A stretch of 64,000 nt of DNA from Elusimicrobiota bacterium (GCA_043827405.1 JBDRPD010000083.1:64001-128000); one strand, 5' to 3'. Shown: positions 38,733-49,139, counted from the first letter of the stretch. Program-made: numbers and translations. Notes: generated by a model not told the origin, from the sequence alone.

Positions 38733-40165
38733 AGGTCTTGTTCGCCGCCAGCGAGGCCGTTCCGTTCTGCAAGACGGGCGGCTTGGCGGATGTCGTCGGT
38801 GCGCTGCCGAGCGCGCTCGGCCGCCTCGGTGTTCAGGTGACGCTTTTTCTTCCCTGCTACCGCGAAGTCAAAACGGAAGGCCTGGCGCTGCGCTCCGCGG
38901 GCAAGGTGCGCGTCCCGATCGACGGCGAGGATATCGAAGCCGAGCTGCTGTGCACGGAGATCAACGAGGCCGTCGTCTGCCTGGTGTCTTGTCCGCGCTA
39001 CTATGACCGCGAGGGGATTTACGGCGGCCGCGCCGGAGGCTTCGGCGACAATGCGCAGCGCTACGCTTTTTTCTCCCGCGCGGTGCTGGAAGGAGCGCGG
39101 CATCTCGGACGGGTGCCGGACGTTATCCACTGCCATGACTGGCAGACGGGTCTGATCCCGGTTTACCTAAAGACGCTCTACTCTCGCGATAAAGATCTGG
39201 GCGGGATCGGGACCATCCTCACCATCCATAATCTCGCCTATCAGGGGAACTTCGATTATGGCGCGCTCGCCGCGGCCGGACTGCCTCCCGCTCTGTTCGC
39301 CGATGAGCGGCTCAAGCACTACAATCAGGTCAGCTACCTGAAAGGGGGGATTGTTTACGCCGACGTGGTTAACACGGTGAGCCCCACGTACGCGGAGGAG
39401 ATCCAGACTAAAGCCTTCGGTTGCGGGCTCGAAAGCACCGTACGTGCCCGGCGTGCGGATCTGCACGGCGTGCTTAACGGGCTCAACCTTGAACTGTGGG
39501 ATCCCGCCGCCGACCAAGCGCTCGTTCGCCGCTACCGGCGCGAGGATTTCCCGGAGGGCAAGGCGGCCGGCAAGGCGGCGCTGCAGAAGGAATGCGGATT
39601 CGCACCGTCGCCGCGGGCGCCGCTGCTCTCTTCGGTCACTCGCCTGGACTATCAAAAGGGTTTGGATGCCGTACTCGAGGTGCTGCCGGGGTTGATGGAA
39701 AACGGCGCGCAGTATGTGATAGCCGGGACGGGCGATCCCGAGTTGGAGCGAAAGTTCAGGGAGATCGTCGGGCGTTTCCCAGGCAAGGTGCACTATGACG
39801 GCACGTTTGAGGAACCTTTCGCGCGCCGCGCCTACGCGGGCGCCGATATGTTTCTGATGCCGTCCCGCTTCGAGCCATGCGGTCTGGGGCAAATGATCGC
39901 GATGCGTTATGGAACGCTCCCGGTCGCCGTGCGCACCGGGGGCCTCGCCGATACCGTGCTGCCGCACGGCTTCCTGGCCGGCGCGGCGACAGCCGCGGCC
40001 TTGTCCGCCGCGCTGGCCGAGGCCCTGCGCTGCTACCAGGACGAGGAGGGCTGGCGCCTTCGTGTCGACGCCGCGATGGCCAGGAATTTCGCCTGGGACC
40101 CTTCGGCGGCAAAATATTTGGAACTGTACCGCACCGCGGCGCAACGCAATGGCCCTGCTGCTTAA
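38729..40165 (+). CDS. glgA: Glycogen synthase (GT5)
   Basis: KTGGLADV, HCHDWQT, TIHNLAYQG, QKG, MPSRFEPCGL, TGGLADTV. Confidence 0.93.
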   Translation: MKVLFAASEAVPFCKTGGLADVVGALPSALGRLGVQVTLFLPCYREVKTEGLALRSAGKVRVPIDGEDIEAELLCTEINEAVVCLVSCPRYYDREGIYGGRAGGFGDNAQRYAFFSRAVLEGARHLGRVPDVIHCHDWQTGLIPVYLKTLYSRDKDLGGIGTILTIHNLAYQGNFDYGALAAAGLPPALFADERLKHYNQVSYLKGGIVYADVVNTVSPTYAEEIQTKAFGCGLESTVRARRADLHGVLNGLNLELWDPAADQALVRRYRREDFPEGKAAGKAALQKECGFAPSPRAPLLSSVTRLDYQKGLDAVLEVLPGLMENGAQYVIAGTGDPELERKFREIVGRFPGKVHYDGTFEEPFARRAYAGADMFLMPSRFEPCGLGQMIAMRYGTLPVAVRTGGLADTVLPHGFLAGAATAAALSAALAEALRCYQDEEGWRLRVDAAMARNFAWDPSAAKYLELYRTAAQRNGPAA

Positions 40166-41900
40166 GCATTGGCGGCGGGCGCTTGCGGCGGCACTCGCCT
40201 CATTTACCATCTGGACGCTGTGGCTCGGGCGCGGCGCGCCGACCTGTGCGGTGATCGTCGACGCGCGGGAGCTCGGCGAACTGTGCGCCCCGGTATGCGC
40301 GGAGACCGGCGTCCTGGAGCGCCTGCACACTATGGGCGCGGCCGGCGTCCTGCTGCACCCGCAGTCCCTGGAGAGCCGGATTCGTGCCGGCGACATCCTT
40401 CGCTATACGGAACAGGAGATCAGCAAGCTACGCGCTACCCAGGTGGCGTCGGCCGGAGCGCCGTTGGAGCCGGGCGCGTTGTGGATCCGCGACGATGCGA
40501 TGCTGGCGCGCGTCCAGGACGCGGCGGCGGCGCACCGCCTGCCGATGACTCTGCGCACCTTCGCCGACCAGAAGGTGGCGGTACTGGCCCCGGGCAAGGC
40601 GGGCAAGAATTTTTCCGTGGGCTACGATCCGCTGTTGGCGGCGAGCGTGCGGCGGCATGGGCTCAAGACCGTTTGTCTCGTGCGGTCGATGCCTGAACTG
40701 CGGTTGGCGGAAGGCCGGGCGGCCGCGGCGCTGCTGGCGCCGGGCTTTGCGGCGGAGGCCGGCGTGCCGGCCGGCATCAACATCGTCGCCTTCGCCAACG
40801 CCGGGCCCGGCTCCGCGGGGCCGCTCGGAAGTGCGCGGCGGGCGGTGCGGGCGGAATTTCTCGCCGCGGCGGGCACCGCTGCTGCGCGCCTGGCCGCGGC
40901 CGGCGAGGCCCGAGTCGCCGACGGTCTGGGGGCTTTCCTGCGGGAAGCGTCGCGCCGCGGCAATGCGCTGGTCGTCGCCCGCCTGGATATGGATCGGAGT
41001 TTGGAGGATAATCTCGCGGCGCTGCGCGGCCTGCTGAAGGAGCTGCGCCGGAATGGCTACGCGCCGCGCCTGGAAGGGGGGCTGCTGACGGCTTCCGGCG
41101 GCGGGCGCGCCGCCGCGGCGGTACGTTCGTCGGCGGGTTTCTGCCTGACGGTGCTCGGACCGCTCCTCGCCATGCGCTGGGGGATCGGAGTGCTGCGCGG
41201 CATGCAGGAGGCGGGGAGGCTGCCGGAAGCGTCGCCGTTCCGCGAAGTGCTGGCGGCGGCCGGCACGGCGGCGGCGGCCGCCGCGGGTTTCGGCGCGGCG
41301 TCCTATGCGTGCATGTCGTTTTCCGCCTGGCGTCTGGGTGCGACGCGGTTTGACTGGCTCCCCTGGGCGGAAGGCCTGACTTTTGTTTTGGCGGCGCTGG
41401 CATTGTACGACCCGGACCCTAGAGCGTTGTCGCTGTTCTTCCGCAAGAAGGTCGGCCGCGCCTCGGAACTCCGGGTCGCGCTGCCGGTAGCGGCGGCTAC
41501 TTTGCTGCTGCTGTCTCCGGATTGGCTTAGGGACTGGGGGCCGGAGGCCTGGTTGGCGGGGCTGCGATATGCGGACGAGTCGCTGTGGTGGGCGGCGGCC
41601 CGCTGGCGGGAGTGGCTCGTCGGCTATCCCTGTCTGCTGGTCGGCCTATGCCTGTTGTTTAGCCGCTTCGCAGCGCGGCGGCATAAGGACCTGGAAGCTC
41701 CTGATCCGCGCGGCTGGCTGCTGCTTGGAATGTTCGCACCGACCGGTTTGGCCGGCGTGCTCGCCGCGGCGCATACCCCGATTATCACCTTGCTTTCGCA
41801 TTCCCTGCAGGGTGCATTGGCGGGCCTGCCGCTGGGGCTGCTGCTGCTGGGCGCGCGTCATGGCGCGCTTCGCCGCCTGGTAAAAATATCTGATTTATAA
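40149..41900 (+). CDS. DUF5693-like polytopic membrane protein
   Basis: N-terminal anchor, periplasmic domain, C-terminal TMs with R.REWLVGYP and HTP motifs. Confidence 0.5.
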   Translation: MALLLKHWRRALAAALASFTIWTLWLGRGAPTCAVIVDARELGELCAPVCAETGVLERLHTMGAAGVLLHPQSLESRIRAGDILRYTEQEISKLRATQVASAGAPLEPGALWIRDDAMLARVQDAAAAHRLPMTLRTFADQKVAVLAPGKAGKNFSVGYDPLLAASVRRHGLKTVCLVRSMPELRLAEGRAAAALLAPGFAAEAGVPAGINIVAFANAGPGSAGPLGSARRAVRAEFLAAAGTAAARLAAAGEARVADGLGAFLREASRRGNALVVARLDMDRSLEDNLAALRGLLKELRRNGYAPRLEGGLLTASGGGRAAAAVRSSAGFCLTVLGPLLAMRWGIGVLRGMQEAGRLPEASPFREVLAAAGTAAAAAAGFGAASYACMSFSAWRLGATRFDWLPWAEGLTFVLAALALYDPDPRALSLFFRKKVGRASELRVALPVAAATLLLLSPDWLRDWGPEAWLAGLRYADESLWWAAARWREWLVGYPCLLVGLCLLFSRFAARRHKDLEAPDPRGWLLLGMFAPTGLAGVLAAAHTPIITLLSHSLQGALAGLPLGLLLLGARHGALRRLVKISDL

Positions 41901-41961
41901 AGGTAAATCTTTTGTAAATCGGCGTCTTGGCCGACGTCGGTCTGTGGTATAATAAAGTCCT

Positions 41962-43362
41962 ATGCGGCGAATAGGCCTTTTGTCCTCGGTCGTGGTGCTG
42001 CTGTTATGCGCGGCGTTGGCAGGCGCGGTCGAGTGCAAGCCCAGGACTCCGAAAGCTCCCGTGAAAAAGGGAACGTTTAATCCTCTTTTCTTCGGCGAGG
42101 GCGGCGGGTTGGGGACGGTAACTCCGGATCAAAGCGACTGTTGGGAAACGATTTCCCGGCAGCAGGGCGGAGAGGGCGTCGCCGACATCCCCGCGCAGCC
42201 GAATGACGGGACTTCGCCGGCGTCCGAGGTTCCCGCTGAAGAGACGGAGACGCCGCAAGAGGGCGACGCCGGTATAGTGCAGCCTCCGGTGCTGCCGCCT
42301 GGCGGTCCCGTGGTCGAACCGGTTTTCGAGAAAGATGTCCGGATTCGCTACGCTCCCGGCGACGTGCGCAATATCCCCCGCCGCTGGCCGGGACCGCGAC
42401 GGTCCAGCCCGCAGAATTCAGCCGTCGCCGCGCCGTCCGATATCGTCGGGCAGGATGAGGAACTGCGCGATGCGCCCGCCTCGGCTGTGCAGTATTCGCT
42501 GTGGAATAACCTGAGCACGCCGCTGCTGCTGCCGGCGGCCGATACCGGCAGCATCTCTATGGATCAGGCCAAGTCCTTGGGACGCCGGGATTACGAGCAG
42601 CATATCCTGGCCGCGGGTATGCCCGAGCGGCGCGCTTCCGCGGTGGCCGGCGAACATGTCCTTGAAGGCCGTTTCACTCCCGCGGTCGAGGTCGAAGCCC
42701 CCAATATTCAGGATCGGGTCCCGATCGTAGTGGAATTGGATGTGCGTACGGCTCCCGGGGATTTTCGGGATGCCGTTGCCGGATTGTCCGCCGTCAGCGG
42801 ATTCTCGCGGGATGAGCGCTTCGCGCCGCGGTTTCTCGGCGCCAAGCAGGAGCGCGTGGCGGTGCGCGGCTGGATTCATCCGCGACAGTTCACCGACGTG
42901 ATGGCCCGTCCGGAAGTGCTGCGCGTGGAGCAGGACCGGGCCGTCGCCAAGGCCGCGTCGGCGCTCGAACGGGGGTTTACGGAGATCCTCGTCGGGGTGC
43001 GCATCCCGCCGGAAAGCTCCCCGACGGAGGCGCTTAAGCTCGCCGTCGCCCGGCTGAGTGAAAGCGCCGGCTTCGAGCTCAAGAAAACGATCGGCTATCA
43101 GCGCATTCCGGGAACCAGTAAAATGGTCCTGATTGTTTCCGGCCGCGTGCCGGTCCGCCGCCTCTCCCGGGTTATGGCGGACCCCGCCGTTGTTAAAGTC
43201 GCGCCGGCGCCGGGGAGTGCCGCGCCGCCGCCCGTCGCTGCTTCTCCCGCCTGGCTTGACGCGCCGTTGCGGTGGGCCGGGAACCCGGTTCTTTGGGTGC
43301 TGCTCACGATGCTGGGGATCATGATATTCCTCCAGCTGCGCCTGCGCCGGCGCTCGCGGTAA
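41962..43362 (+). CDS. Exported hypothetical protein with C-terminal membrane anchor
   Basis: Signal peptide, Pro/Glu-rich linker, TM + RRRSR tail; TG-g-TATAAT 8 nt before ATG. Confidence 0.6.
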   Translation: MRRIGLLSSVVVLLLCAALAGAVECKPRTPKAPVKKGTFNPLFFGEGGGLGTVTPDQSDCWETISRQQGGEGVADIPAQPNDGTSPASEVPAEETETPQEGDAGIVQPPVLPPGGPVVEPVFEKDVRIRYAPGDVRNIPRRWPGPRRSSPQNSAVAAPSDIVGQDEELRDAPASAVQYSLWNNLSTPLLLPAADTGSISMDQAKSLGRRDYEQHILAAGMPERRASAVAGEHVLEGRFTPAVEVEAPNIQDRVPIVVELDVRTAPGDFRDAVAGLSAVSGFSRDERFAPRFLGAKQERVAVRGWIHPRQFTDVMARPEVLRVEQDRAVAKAASALERGFTEILVGVRIPPESSPTEALKLAVARLSESAGFELKKTIGYQRIPGTSKMVLIVSGRVPVRRLSRVMADPAVVKVAPAPGSAAPPPVAASPAWLDAPLRWAGNPVLWVLLTMLGIMIFLQLRLRRRSR

Positions 43363-43444
43363 ACTCCCTTTATTTTTGGACTAATTCCGCAGGTTCGGCC
43401 CGTTTTCCCCGGTAGTTATAAAGGAATATGTAACGTGTGCGGTC

Positions 43445-43510
43445 TTGACACGGTATGATTTAGCGGTTATCTTTAGTGGGGCGCCGGGTGTTGAGAGCGC
43501 CTTTTTTTTT
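43445..43510 (+). promoter_or_regulatory. Sigma70 promoter followed by a hairpin and T9 tract
   Basis: TTGACA(43445)-17 nt-TATCTT(43468); GGCGC..GCGCC-TTTTTTTTT (43480-43510). Confidence 0.6.
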
Positions 43511-43512
43511 GT

Positions 43513-45450
43513 ATGAGAATTCCGGAGAAAAGTCTGCTGTTCTTGTTCCTTCTTGGAGCCGTAGGAGGGCTTTTGGGAGAGAGCGTCCTTTTTATGCGGG
43601 CGCACTGCCGCAAGGTGGAGCAGCTGCTTGCTGATGATTTTCGAGCGATCGTGTTTCTTGATCGCGGCGTGGGAGAAGAACGCCGTAAAGTCGTGCAAGA
43701 GAAGATTCTCGCGCTGCCGGCCACGGCCGGAGCTCGTTATGTGTCCTCTCGCGACAGCTTGGCGGTGATAGAACAGGAAGCCCCGGACCTCGCTGGCACG
43801 GTGGCGCTGTTTAGCGGCAGCCCGCTGCCGGGAGCCTTTGAGGTCAAGTTCGAGGACGGCCGGCTGGATGGGCTGGACGCATGGCTGAGCGAAGTCCGCG
43901 CTATTCCCGAGGTGCGCGACATCCGCTATAAGCACCTGCAGGCGGCGGCCGTCATGCAGATCCGCTTCTATGCGGGTTTTCTGACGTTGATCGTTTGCCT
44001 CGCGGTTCTCGTCTGGGCCGGTGCCGCCATCAGCCTTATCGTCGCCGCGGGCTGGCGCGAATTCGGTCTGCTGAAGGTGTTTGACGCCCCGCAGGAAATA
44101 CGGCGGCGTGTGGCCGCCGCCGGCGCGGGCACGCTCGCGGGAATGGCCGGCGCGTTGGCGCTCGCCCTGCCCGGGATGGCCGGTGAAGCTTTACGCGCCT
44201 GGCCGTCTTGGGGTCTGCAGCTGCTGCTGGCCGCGGCCGGAACGGGCGTCGGCCTGTTCTTCCGCGGACCGGGATCCGGCGGCCGCACGCGCGGCCGTGA
44301 AAGCGCGGCGCGCGGCGTTAGCCGCCTGGTCGCCGCCGTGTTGGCGTTCGCGCTCGTCGCCCCCGCGTCCACGGCCGGCGCCGCCACGGTGCGGGCGAAG
44401 ACGAAAGAACTGCAGCAGGTGCAGAAAGAGCTCAGGCGCCGCAAGCAGGCGCTGAATGAAACCCGGAAAGAGGAAGCGGCTCTGCGCCGGGATTTCAAGG
44501 AGAAGCAGCGCCAGCGTGAGCACACCCAGCATTTGCTCCGGCGGCTGGAGAACCGGAACGCCAAGAAGGAGCAGGATTGGAAGGCTCTCGGCGTTCGGTT
44601 GGATGCGCTGGATACCGCTCGCGCCGAGGGCTTGGAGGTCCAGGCGGAGGAGGTCGGCGATTATCGCCAGCGTCGCGCCGAACAGACCGACTATTACGGC
44701 AGCCGCGGGTTATGGGAAGACTCTCTGCGCCGTGCGGCAATACGGGAAAAGACCATCTATCTGGCTCGGCTCGGCGCATTCTCTCAGCAGGTCTCGTCCC
44801 GCCATCTGGCGGTGCAGAACGAGAGCCGCGTGCTGCGCGCGCAGAAAATGCGGACGCTGGCCGACCTGGAAGGCAAGGCCCAGCGATTGCAGCAGGCGCA
44901 GCGGGCCTATTCGCAGGTGAAAGAGAAAGCGGAGCTTGAGCGGCGGCGGCTGCAAGAGCTTGAGGAAAACGCCAAGGCGCTCGCGGCGCTGATTCAGAAG
45001 CTGCGCAAGCGGGCGACCGCCGCGCGGCAACCGGCTTCAAGCACTCCGGCCTTCGCCCGCCATTCGCTGCCGTGGCCGGCGAGCGGGAAGGTCCTTTCGA
45101 CATACGGCAAGAAGCGTGTGCCGAAACTCAATACTTGGGTGATCCAGAACGGTATCGAGATCGGCGCTTCGTCGGGAAGCCCCGTGCTCCCGGTAGCGGG
45201 AGGTGAGGTGATCTACGCCGGAGAGTTCCGCTCTTACGGCCGGGTTGTGATCGTTGATCATGGCGGGGGATTTGTCAGCATATACGGCCAGTTGGGGAAG
45301 ATCCATCAGAAGAACGGTGAGCGCGTCGCTCCGGGCCGCGCGCTCGCCACTGTAGGTAGTCGAAAGGATGGGGATGGAGGCCTGCTCTATCTCGAGCTGC
45401 GGCAAGGTCCCGGCTCACTCGATCCCAGCGCGTGGCTCAAGAAGCGGTAG
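43513..45450 (+). CDS. FtsX-like permease fused to an EnvC-like coiled-coil/degenerate M23 activator
   Basis: FtsX extracellular-domain motifs (YVSSRDSL, SPLPGAFEV) and 4 TMs, then coiled coil and LPWPASG..YG, NGIEI, YGRVVIVDHG, LYLELR. Confidence 0.8.
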   Translation: MRIPEKSLLFLFLLGAVGGLLGESVLFMRAHCRKVEQLLADDFRAIVFLDRGVGEERRKVVQEKILALPATAGARYVSSRDSLAVIEQEAPDLAGTVALFSGSPLPGAFEVKFEDGRLDGLDAWLSEVRAIPEVRDIRYKHLQAAAVMQIRFYAGFLTLIVCLAVLVWAGAAISLIVAAGWREFGLLKVFDAPQEIRRRVAAAGAGTLAGMAGALALALPGMAGEALRAWPSWGLQLLLAAAGTGVGLFFRGPGSGGRTRGRESAARGVSRLVAAVLAFALVAPASTAGAATVRAKTKELQQVQKELRRRKQALNETRKEEAALRRDFKEKQRQREHTQHLLRRLENRNAKKEQDWKALGVRLDALDTARAEGLEVQAEEVGDYRQRRAEQTDYYGSRGLWEDSLRRAAIREKTIYLARLGAFSQQVSSRHLAVQNESRVLRAQKMRTLADLEGKAQRLQQAQRAYSQVKEKAELERRRLQELEENAKALAALIQKLRKRATAARQPASSTPAFARHSLPWPASGKVLSTYGKKRVPKLNTWVIQNGIEIGASSGSPVLPVAGGEVIYAGEFRSYGRVVIVDHGGGFVSIYGQLGKIHQKNGERVAPGRALATVGSRKDGDGGLLYLELRQGPGSLDPSAWLKKR

Positions 45451-45459
45451 CTTAGGAGA

Positions 45460-46809
45460 ATGGTTATGAACGGCTTTAAACGGAACAAACGACGGACCCT
45501 GCTGGCGGCGGCGTGTCTGATACTCTTTACCGGATTTGCCTCGCCGCGCGCGCGGGCGGCGGTCGACAACACCTACGAACAGCTGAAGCTGCTTGTCGAT
45601 ATCCTTGACTACATCAAAGAAAACTACGTCGAGGAAGTGAAAGGCGAGGACCTTATCTACGGCGCGGCGCGCGGGATGGTCAAGACGCTCGACCCCTTCT
45701 CCCAGTTTATGACGCCGGACATGCATAAGGATATCAAGACCGAGACCGAAGGGCAGTTCGGCGGGCTGGGTATCCGCATCGGCATGCGCAGCGACTGGCT
45801 GACGGTTATTACGCCGCTGCCGGGAACGCCCGCGTTCCGGTCGGGGGTATATCCCAACGACCGTATCATAAAGATCGAGGGGGAGTCGACCAAGGGTATT
45901 TCGCTTATCGACGCGGTCAAGAAGCTGCGCGGCAAGCCGAATACTAAAGTGCTGATTACCGTAGCCCGCCAGCTGGAAAAGGAAGGGCAGGCGGGAGCGG
46001 AAGAGGCCAAGGCGGAGGAGGAGGGCAAGGAGCACGAGGAATGGATTACGAAGGATATTTCGATCATGCGGGAGATCATTAAAATCCAGAGCGTGCAGTC
46101 GCGCATGGTCGGCGACGATATCGGCTACGTAAAGATTATTGAGTTCAGCGCGCATACTTCAAATGATACGCGGAGGCTCGTGCAGGAGCGGATCAAGGAC
46201 GGCGCCACCTCGCTGGTTCTCGATCTGCGCAACAACCCCGGCGGACTGCTGACGGCGGCGGTGGACGTAAGCGCGTTCTTCCTCGGCGACAGCAAGCTCA
46301 TCGTATACACCCAGGGGCGCAACCCCGAGAACCGGCAGGAATTTCGGGCCGGGGCCAAGGCGGCGTTCAGCAAGCTGCCCATGGTCGTGCTCGTCAACGG
46401 CGGTTCCGCGTCGGGGAGCGAGATCGTCGCCGGCGCGCTGCAGGACCACCGGCGGGCGGTGGTCGTCGGCAAGCGGACGTTCGGAAAAGCCAGCGTCCAG
46501 TCCGTTATTCCGTTGTCGGACGGTTCTGGCCTGCGGCTTACGGTCGCCAAGTACTACACGCCGACCGGCCGAATGATCCACCGTGACGATGACGGTAAGG
46601 GCGGTATCGTACCGGATATCACCGTCAATGTGAGCAACGAGACCGAGGTTAAGCTGCAGATTCAGTCCGAGCAGGTGTTTAAGCAGGGGGAGACCCCGGA
46701 GTCCGTCATCGAGAAGAATAAGCGCGTGGCGGACGAGGCGTTGGACCGTGCCGCGGAGCTGCTGCGCGCAAGGGAGGTTCTGAGCCAGCTCAGCGCGACC
46801 GACGGCTGA
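45460..46809 (+). CDS. ctpA: S41A C-terminal processing protease
   Basis: LDPFS, PDZ GGLGI, LDLRNNPGGLL, SASGSEIVAGALQD, TFGKASVQ, LTVAKYYTP. Confidence 0.93.
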   Translation: MVMNGFKRNKRRTLLAAACLILFTGFASPRARAAVDNTYEQLKLLVDILDYIKENYVEEVKGEDLIYGAARGMVKTLDPFSQFMTPDMHKDIKTETEGQFGGLGIRIGMRSDWLTVITPLPGTPAFRSGVYPNDRIIKIEGESTKGISLIDAVKKLRGKPNTKVLITVARQLEKEGQAGAEEAKAEEEGKEHEEWITKDISIMREIIKIQSVQSRMVGDDIGYVKIIEFSAHTSNDTRRLVQERIKDGATSLVLDLRNNPGGLLTAAVDVSAFFLGDSKLIVYTQGRNPENRQEFRAGAKAAFSKLPMVVLVNGGSASGSEIVAGALQDHRRAVVVGKRTFGKASVQSVIPLSDGSGLRLTVAKYYTPTGRMIHRDDDGKGGIVPDITVNVSNETEVKLQIQSEQVFKQGETPESVIEKNKRVADEALDRAAELLRAREVLSQLSATDG

Positions 46810-46841
46810 GCGTACGCGAGACATTCGTTCTATTGGCGTCT

Positions 46842-47900
46842 ATGACCATACTCGGCATCGAGACATCCTGTGACGAGACATCCGCGGCCGTGGTCCGGGG
46901 ACGGCGCATCCTTTCCAGCGTCGTTTCCTCCCAGGTGAAGTCGCACGCGGCGTTCGCCGGCGTAGTACCCGAGCTGGCGAGCCGTATGCATATGGAGCTG
47001 CTTCCGGCCGTTATCGGGACCGCTTTGACGCGCGCCTTCGGCCGGCGGGCGGGGCTGCACGATCTGGGGCGCCGGGTCGATGCGGTTGCCTTTACGCAGG
47101 GGCCCGGCCTGATGGGCGCTTTGCTCATCGGCAAGGTCGCGGCGCAGGCGCTGGCGGAGGCGCATGGCCTGCCGTTGGTCGGGGTGAACCACCTCGAGGG
47201 ACACGCCTTGGCGATGGGGCTGGTTCGCCGCATTGCGCCGCCGTTTTTGTCGCTGATCGTTTCCGGCGGACATACCGAACTGGTTCTCGTCCGGGCGCCG
47301 GGACGCTACCGGGTGCTCGGGCGCACCCGCGACGACGCCGCCGGCGAGGTCTTCGATAAGGTCGCCAAGTTCCTGCGCTTGGGCTACCCGGGCGGGCCGG
47401 CCGTCGATCGCTGCGCCCGGAGGGGGGACCCGCGTGCCGTCGATTTTACGCGGCCGTTCATGCCGGGGACCTGGGATTTCTCCTTTTCCGGTCTGAAGAC
47501 GGCGGTGCTGTACTACGTGCGCGACGCGGGCTACGCGGAGGCCGGCCGCGTCCGTCCCGCCGTCCCCGCGCGAAGCCGTCTGCCGCGCAAGTTCACGGCG
47601 GATCTCTGCGCATCATTTCAGGAAGCCGTGGTGGATACGCTGGTCGAAAAGACGTTCGCGGCGGCTCGCCGGTACCGCATCCGGACGATTGTCGTGGGCG
47701 GCGGCGTGGCGGCCAATCGCCGTCTGCGACAGGTCTTCTCCCAGCGCGCCGGCAAGATGCGCGTCTATTTCCCGCCGGGTGATTTATGCACCGACAACGC
47801 GGCGATGATCGCTTTCGCCGCGGAACAGCGGCTGCGCCGCGGCCGCCCGCCCCGCCGCAGCGGGGTGAACCCCTCCATGCAGATTCGGAGCTGGGCATGA
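46842..47900 (+). CDS. tsaD: tRNA N6-adenosine threonylcarbamoyltransferase
   Basis: LGIETSCDET, VNHLEGH, VSGGHT, DDAAGE.FDK, FSFSGLKT, CTDNAAMI. Confidence 0.96.
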   Translation: MTILGIETSCDETSAAVVRGRRILSSVVSSQVKSHAAFAGVVPELASRMHMELLPAVIGTALTRAFGRRAGLHDLGRRVDAVAFTQGPGLMGALLIGKVAAQALAEAHGLPLVGVNHLEGHALAMGLVRRIAPPFLSLIVSGGHTELVLVRAPGRYRVLGRTRDDAAGEVFDKVAKFLRLGYPGGPAVDRCARRGDPRAVDFTRPFMPGTWDFSFSGLKTAVLYYVRDAGYAEAGRVRPAVPARSRLPRKFTADLCASFQEAVVDTLVEKTFAAARRYRIRTIVVGGGVAANRRLRQVFSQRAGKMRVYFPPGDLCTDNAAMIAFAAEQRLRRGRPPRRSGVNPSMQIRSWA

Positions 47901-49117
47901 GGGAGATCGAGATTTGGCTGCTGCCGAACAACGGCTATGAAACGGTTCCGAACTTTAAGAATCATCTGGCGTCCTACCTGCGCGAGCATCCCGCCGTGTC
48001 CGCGTTCGCCAAGGTGCGGACGCTGATTTCCCTGTGGGAGGATCTCTTCCGGTTGATAAAAAATCCGCATCACCGTCCGCGACCGGACATTATTCAGATT
48101 CCCGCGCGCTGGACGTCGTCTTTGGCGCACCTGGGGCTGCTGCAGGACCTGCGCGACCTTGATGGGCAGCTGGATTTGCGGAAGTGGTTCCCGCCGGTGC
48201 AGGATAACTGCCGTCTCGAAGGATCGGGACGCATCTACTCGCTGCCGTGGTGGATGGAGCTGCGCGTCGTGTTCTATCACCGCGACAAGCTGAAGCGCGC
48301 CGGTGTTGAGCCTGAAGCGCTGGCGGATTGGAGGGGATTCAAGGAGGCTTGTGCCGCGCTGGCCGCGGCCGGCTTCCGGTATCCGGTGGCTAATCCCAAT
48401 CCGCGCGAATCAGTGGCGCTGACCGATGTGGCGCCGAGCGTATGGTCCCGGGGAGGGTACTTCTTCTCCGCCGACGGCTCGCGCTCCCGTTTTCAACGGG
48501 AGGAAGCCTATCGGGCGATCGGCGACTATTTTGATCTCGTGGACCGCGGCTGGATGCCGCTCAAGGGACAAGGCGGCTCCGTGCGGAAAACCCTATTCTC
48601 CGACGACTGCGCCATTGAGCTCGCCGGAAGATTCCCGCTCCCGCCGTCGACGCGGCGCACGCGCGCCGCGGACGGCCTGCCGAAGGATATCGGGGTGGCG
48701 CCCTATCCTGACGGGAGCGGCCGGGGGTCGGCGGCGCTGCAGGTTGAAAATTTGGCGATGCTGCGCGGGGTGGAGAGCCCGCGCGAGGTCTATGCCTTGC
48801 TGCGCGAGCTCACGCGCGATACGGCGGCGGCGGGCTATGCGCGCACGATCGGCGCGCTGCCGGCGACCGAGGGGGAGCTCGCTAAGTGCCTTGATGCCTG
48901 CCCGGAGTTTAAGGAAGTGTTCCGCGGCGCGATGGGCGTCATGCGCACCTATCCGAACATGCGCGTAATGGGCACGCTGGAGAAGGTGTTTAATCGCAGC
49001 ATGGAGCGCCTGGTCAGCGACGTCCTGCACCGGGACTATAATTCCGAAGTTTTGCGGCGCGAGTTGATTCACGCGGCCGCTGAGATCGACTACGTGCTGA
49101 GCCTGTACGGCGGATGA
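47897..49117 (+). CDS. Sugar-type solute-binding-fold protein lacking a signal peptide
   Basis: PDIIQ, GLLQDL, IYSLPWWMELRVVFY.RD.LK.AG; ATGA overlap with tsaD. Confidence 0.7.
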   Translation: MREIEIWLLPNNGYETVPNFKNHLASYLREHPAVSAFAKVRTLISLWEDLFRLIKNPHHRPRPDIIQIPARWTSSLAHLGLLQDLRDLDGQLDLRKWFPPVQDNCRLEGSGRIYSLPWWMELRVVFYHRDKLKRAGVEPEALADWRGFKEACAALAAAGFRYPVANPNPRESVALTDVAPSVWSRGGYFFSADGSRSRFQREEAYRAIGDYFDLVDRGWMPLKGQGGSVRKTLFSDDCAIELAGRFPLPPSTRRTRAADGLPKDIGVAPYPDGSGRGSAALQVENLAMLRGVESPREVYALLRELTRDTAAAGYARTIGALPATEGELAKCLDACPEFKEVFRGAMGVMRTYPNMRVMGTLEKVFNRSMERLVSDVLHRDYNSEVLRRELIHAAAEIDYVLSLYGG

Positions 49118-49139
49118 GGGGGAGAGCCGCGCGAAAGAT

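Noticed and set aside
45970..46045. Acidic insertion in the CtpA PDZ region, and the acidic ScpB tail
   Set aside because: Low-complexity variable loops are common in these families
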